In this document: positions 62,032 to 64,000 of the stretch, piece by piece
Layout of the letters: every line of letters begins with the position of its first letter
Numbering within the stretch: the first letter of the stretch is position 1
Source: the human T2T-CHM13v2.0 reference genome, Homo sapiens
DNA length: 64,000 nt
NCBI RefSeq assembly: GCF_009914755.1
Contig: NC_060927.1
Strand: one strand, 5' to 3'
Notes under the pieces: model-generated
What the model saw: only the letters and a program-made list of their open reading frames with translations
Databases searched by the model: none
What the model was told of the DNA's origin: nothing
Program-made: the position numbers and the translations under genes

Positions 62032-63491
62032 ATACCCATATGTCTAATGATGCATATTTCTAAACAGTGGAATTATAGGTGATCTTCTTCTTGTTTTGTT
62101 ATTTTTCTGCATTTGTGAATATTTCAACAATGCATATGTATGGTTTGTGTGCTAACAGTTAAAAATCATGTTAAAATAGCAATAATAAAAACAAAAACAA
62201 AGGGGAACAGAGTCTTAGAATTTAGAACATAAGCAATATATGAGCAAGCAATCCCAGAAGAAAAGGTTGATAAATCTGCATTAAAACTTCTATCATTTTA
62301 TTAGCGATCAAAGACATAACATATTTTACTATTTAGACTATTTACATTTCCTAAAATTTCAGATTTCAATATTAATAATTAATCCTAAGGAAATTTGTCC
62401 TTATTCTATACATTTTATCTCCTTATTACCCACCATTTTCATATAATAATAATGATGGTTAATATTTGAGGGGAGTTCTGTTCATGTAGGAGCAGATGGT
62501 GTAACATGCCCAGCTTCTACAATATCTCCTTTTCCTCAGAGTTTCTATGGTTCATATGCTCAAAAGTGTATGTCATCCAGGTAGAAAATATAATAGACAT
62601 GGAAAGATAAAGGTTTTTATTTTTATTTTTTTAAATTTGTCACCTTGGAAGAGAAAATGACTCTTTATTTTGTAACTCAGACAGGAGGCAAACAGCACAT
62701 GGCATTGCTGACTGAGCTGCAAAATCAAAATTGACAAATCCTGGAGGAGAAGAAACTTACTATTGCAAAGTCAGGCATCACTGTGCATGCTGCCTGGGCT
62801 TCCCTGGTGTCCTCCTGCTGCGGTTGAGCAGCCCTAAGGTCCAGGTGACATTAGTCTGGCTTTTCAGACAAGTCAAAAGGAAAAAAAAAATAATTTTATC
62901 ATGAGGAAATAAAAGGCTTGGCACAGAATACCAGCCGCTTTTGCTGCTCTCATTATGATAAAGGGTCAGAGAGAAAGGTTGTTGATAAAACTCAACATGG
63001 GGCTTGAAAAAAGAACTGGATTTCTTTTTACCACCAGTCTTCTTAAAACTAAAGATAACTCAAGAGTTAATAGCAAAGAGTCACTGATGACGAAAGTGCT
63101 GTTAAAATGTTATGCTCATACATCACTGGTGGCGGTGACATTCAGTACAACTCTTGGAAAATGTTTTGACAAAAGCTATTGAGAATCATATTTATGCTTT
63201 TGCATTTTGATATGTATACATTGTTGTTTACACATATCCAGACACTCATGTTGGTGTTATACACTAGGATAATCGAAGCTAACTAAACATATATTGATTT
63301 AGGAATATTTATTCAATGGTTAACAAAATGGCATATCAACTTGGTTGTAAATGGCATATCAACTTGATGGACAATTATGCAACCATCAATAGGGCCAGTT
63401 AGGTAGAATATAAAGAAACACAGAAAATGCTTAGTAATGTTGCTTGGCAAAAGCAATATATAGATATCTATGTATACAGTAGTTAAAATTT

Positions 63492-63787
63492 GGCCTGGTG
63501 CAGTGGTGTATACCAGTAATCCCAGCACTTTGGGAGGCCAAGGCAGTACCATCCTGGGCAACATAGGGAGACCCTGTCTCTATAAAAAAAAAGCAAACAG
63601 GCAAACAAAGCAAAACAAACGAGCCAGTTGTAGTGGCATGCACCTGTGGTCCCAACTGCTCAGGAGGCTGAAGTGGAAGGATTGCTTGAATGTGGAGGGT
63701 CAGGGCTGCAGTGAGCCATAATCACACCACTGCACTCCAGCCTGGATGAAAGAGCAAAACCCTATCTCAATTAAAAAAAAAAAAAAG
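63492..63787 (+). mobile_element. AluJ with an internal deletion in the left arm
   Basis: ggcctggtgcagtgg...gggctgcagtgagcc...poly-A. Confidence 0.9.
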
Positions 63788-63929
63788 AATTGTTATGAAA
63801 ACTATATATATTCAAAGAAAAAGACAAAGAAATAGGCAAGTAAATATAATTTTGCTAAAGAAATGCATTAATTCTAATTTGATTGCAATTCTTCTATCTT
63901 TAAACTTTTATCCCAAATGAATTAATTAA

Positions 63930-64000
63930 TGCAAGAACAGGAAACTCAATACCACATGTTCTCGCTTATAAATGGGAACTAAACATCAGGTACTTATGGA
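63930..64000 (+). mobile_element. L1 (L1PB/L1MA-like) fragment at the ORF2 end / 3' UTR start
   Basis: aataccacatgttctcgcttataaatgggaactaaac. Confidence 0.7.

Overview
Primate genomic DNA, almost certainly human (it carries Alus, L1PA elements and an L1HS-type fragment). I found no host exon, RNA gene or CRISPR array that the sequence supports; the long ORFs are LINE-1 derived. Much of the window is transposable elements: a nested L1 stack (old L1M > L1PA7/8-like > full-length L1PA3/4-like, ~6.1-19 kb), a near-complete ancient ERV-L/LTR16 provirus (25.7-31.9 kb), many MaLR/ERV LTRs, hAT MITEs, Alus and MIR/L2/CR1 remnants. The outstanding feature is a very recent complex junction at 55,895-57,958. 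An MLT1 LTR is cut in half and followed by an internal, tail-less L1HS-type ORF2 piece. After it comes a scrambled mosaic with 15 junctions, built from eight near-identical copies of DNA 2.3-3.4 kb upstream (54,058-54,844, both strands), a second L1 and an orphan sequence. The eight pieces tile their donor almost exactly once, and three of them form a 106-bp 'circle' inserted at a duplicated GGTTTA. Older, smaller templated-insertion scars occur elsewhere in the window. Repeat family and subfamily names are from memory of consensus sequences and need RepeatMasker/Dfam confirmation. This is a mutational-mechanism signature rather than a demonstrated new gene system.
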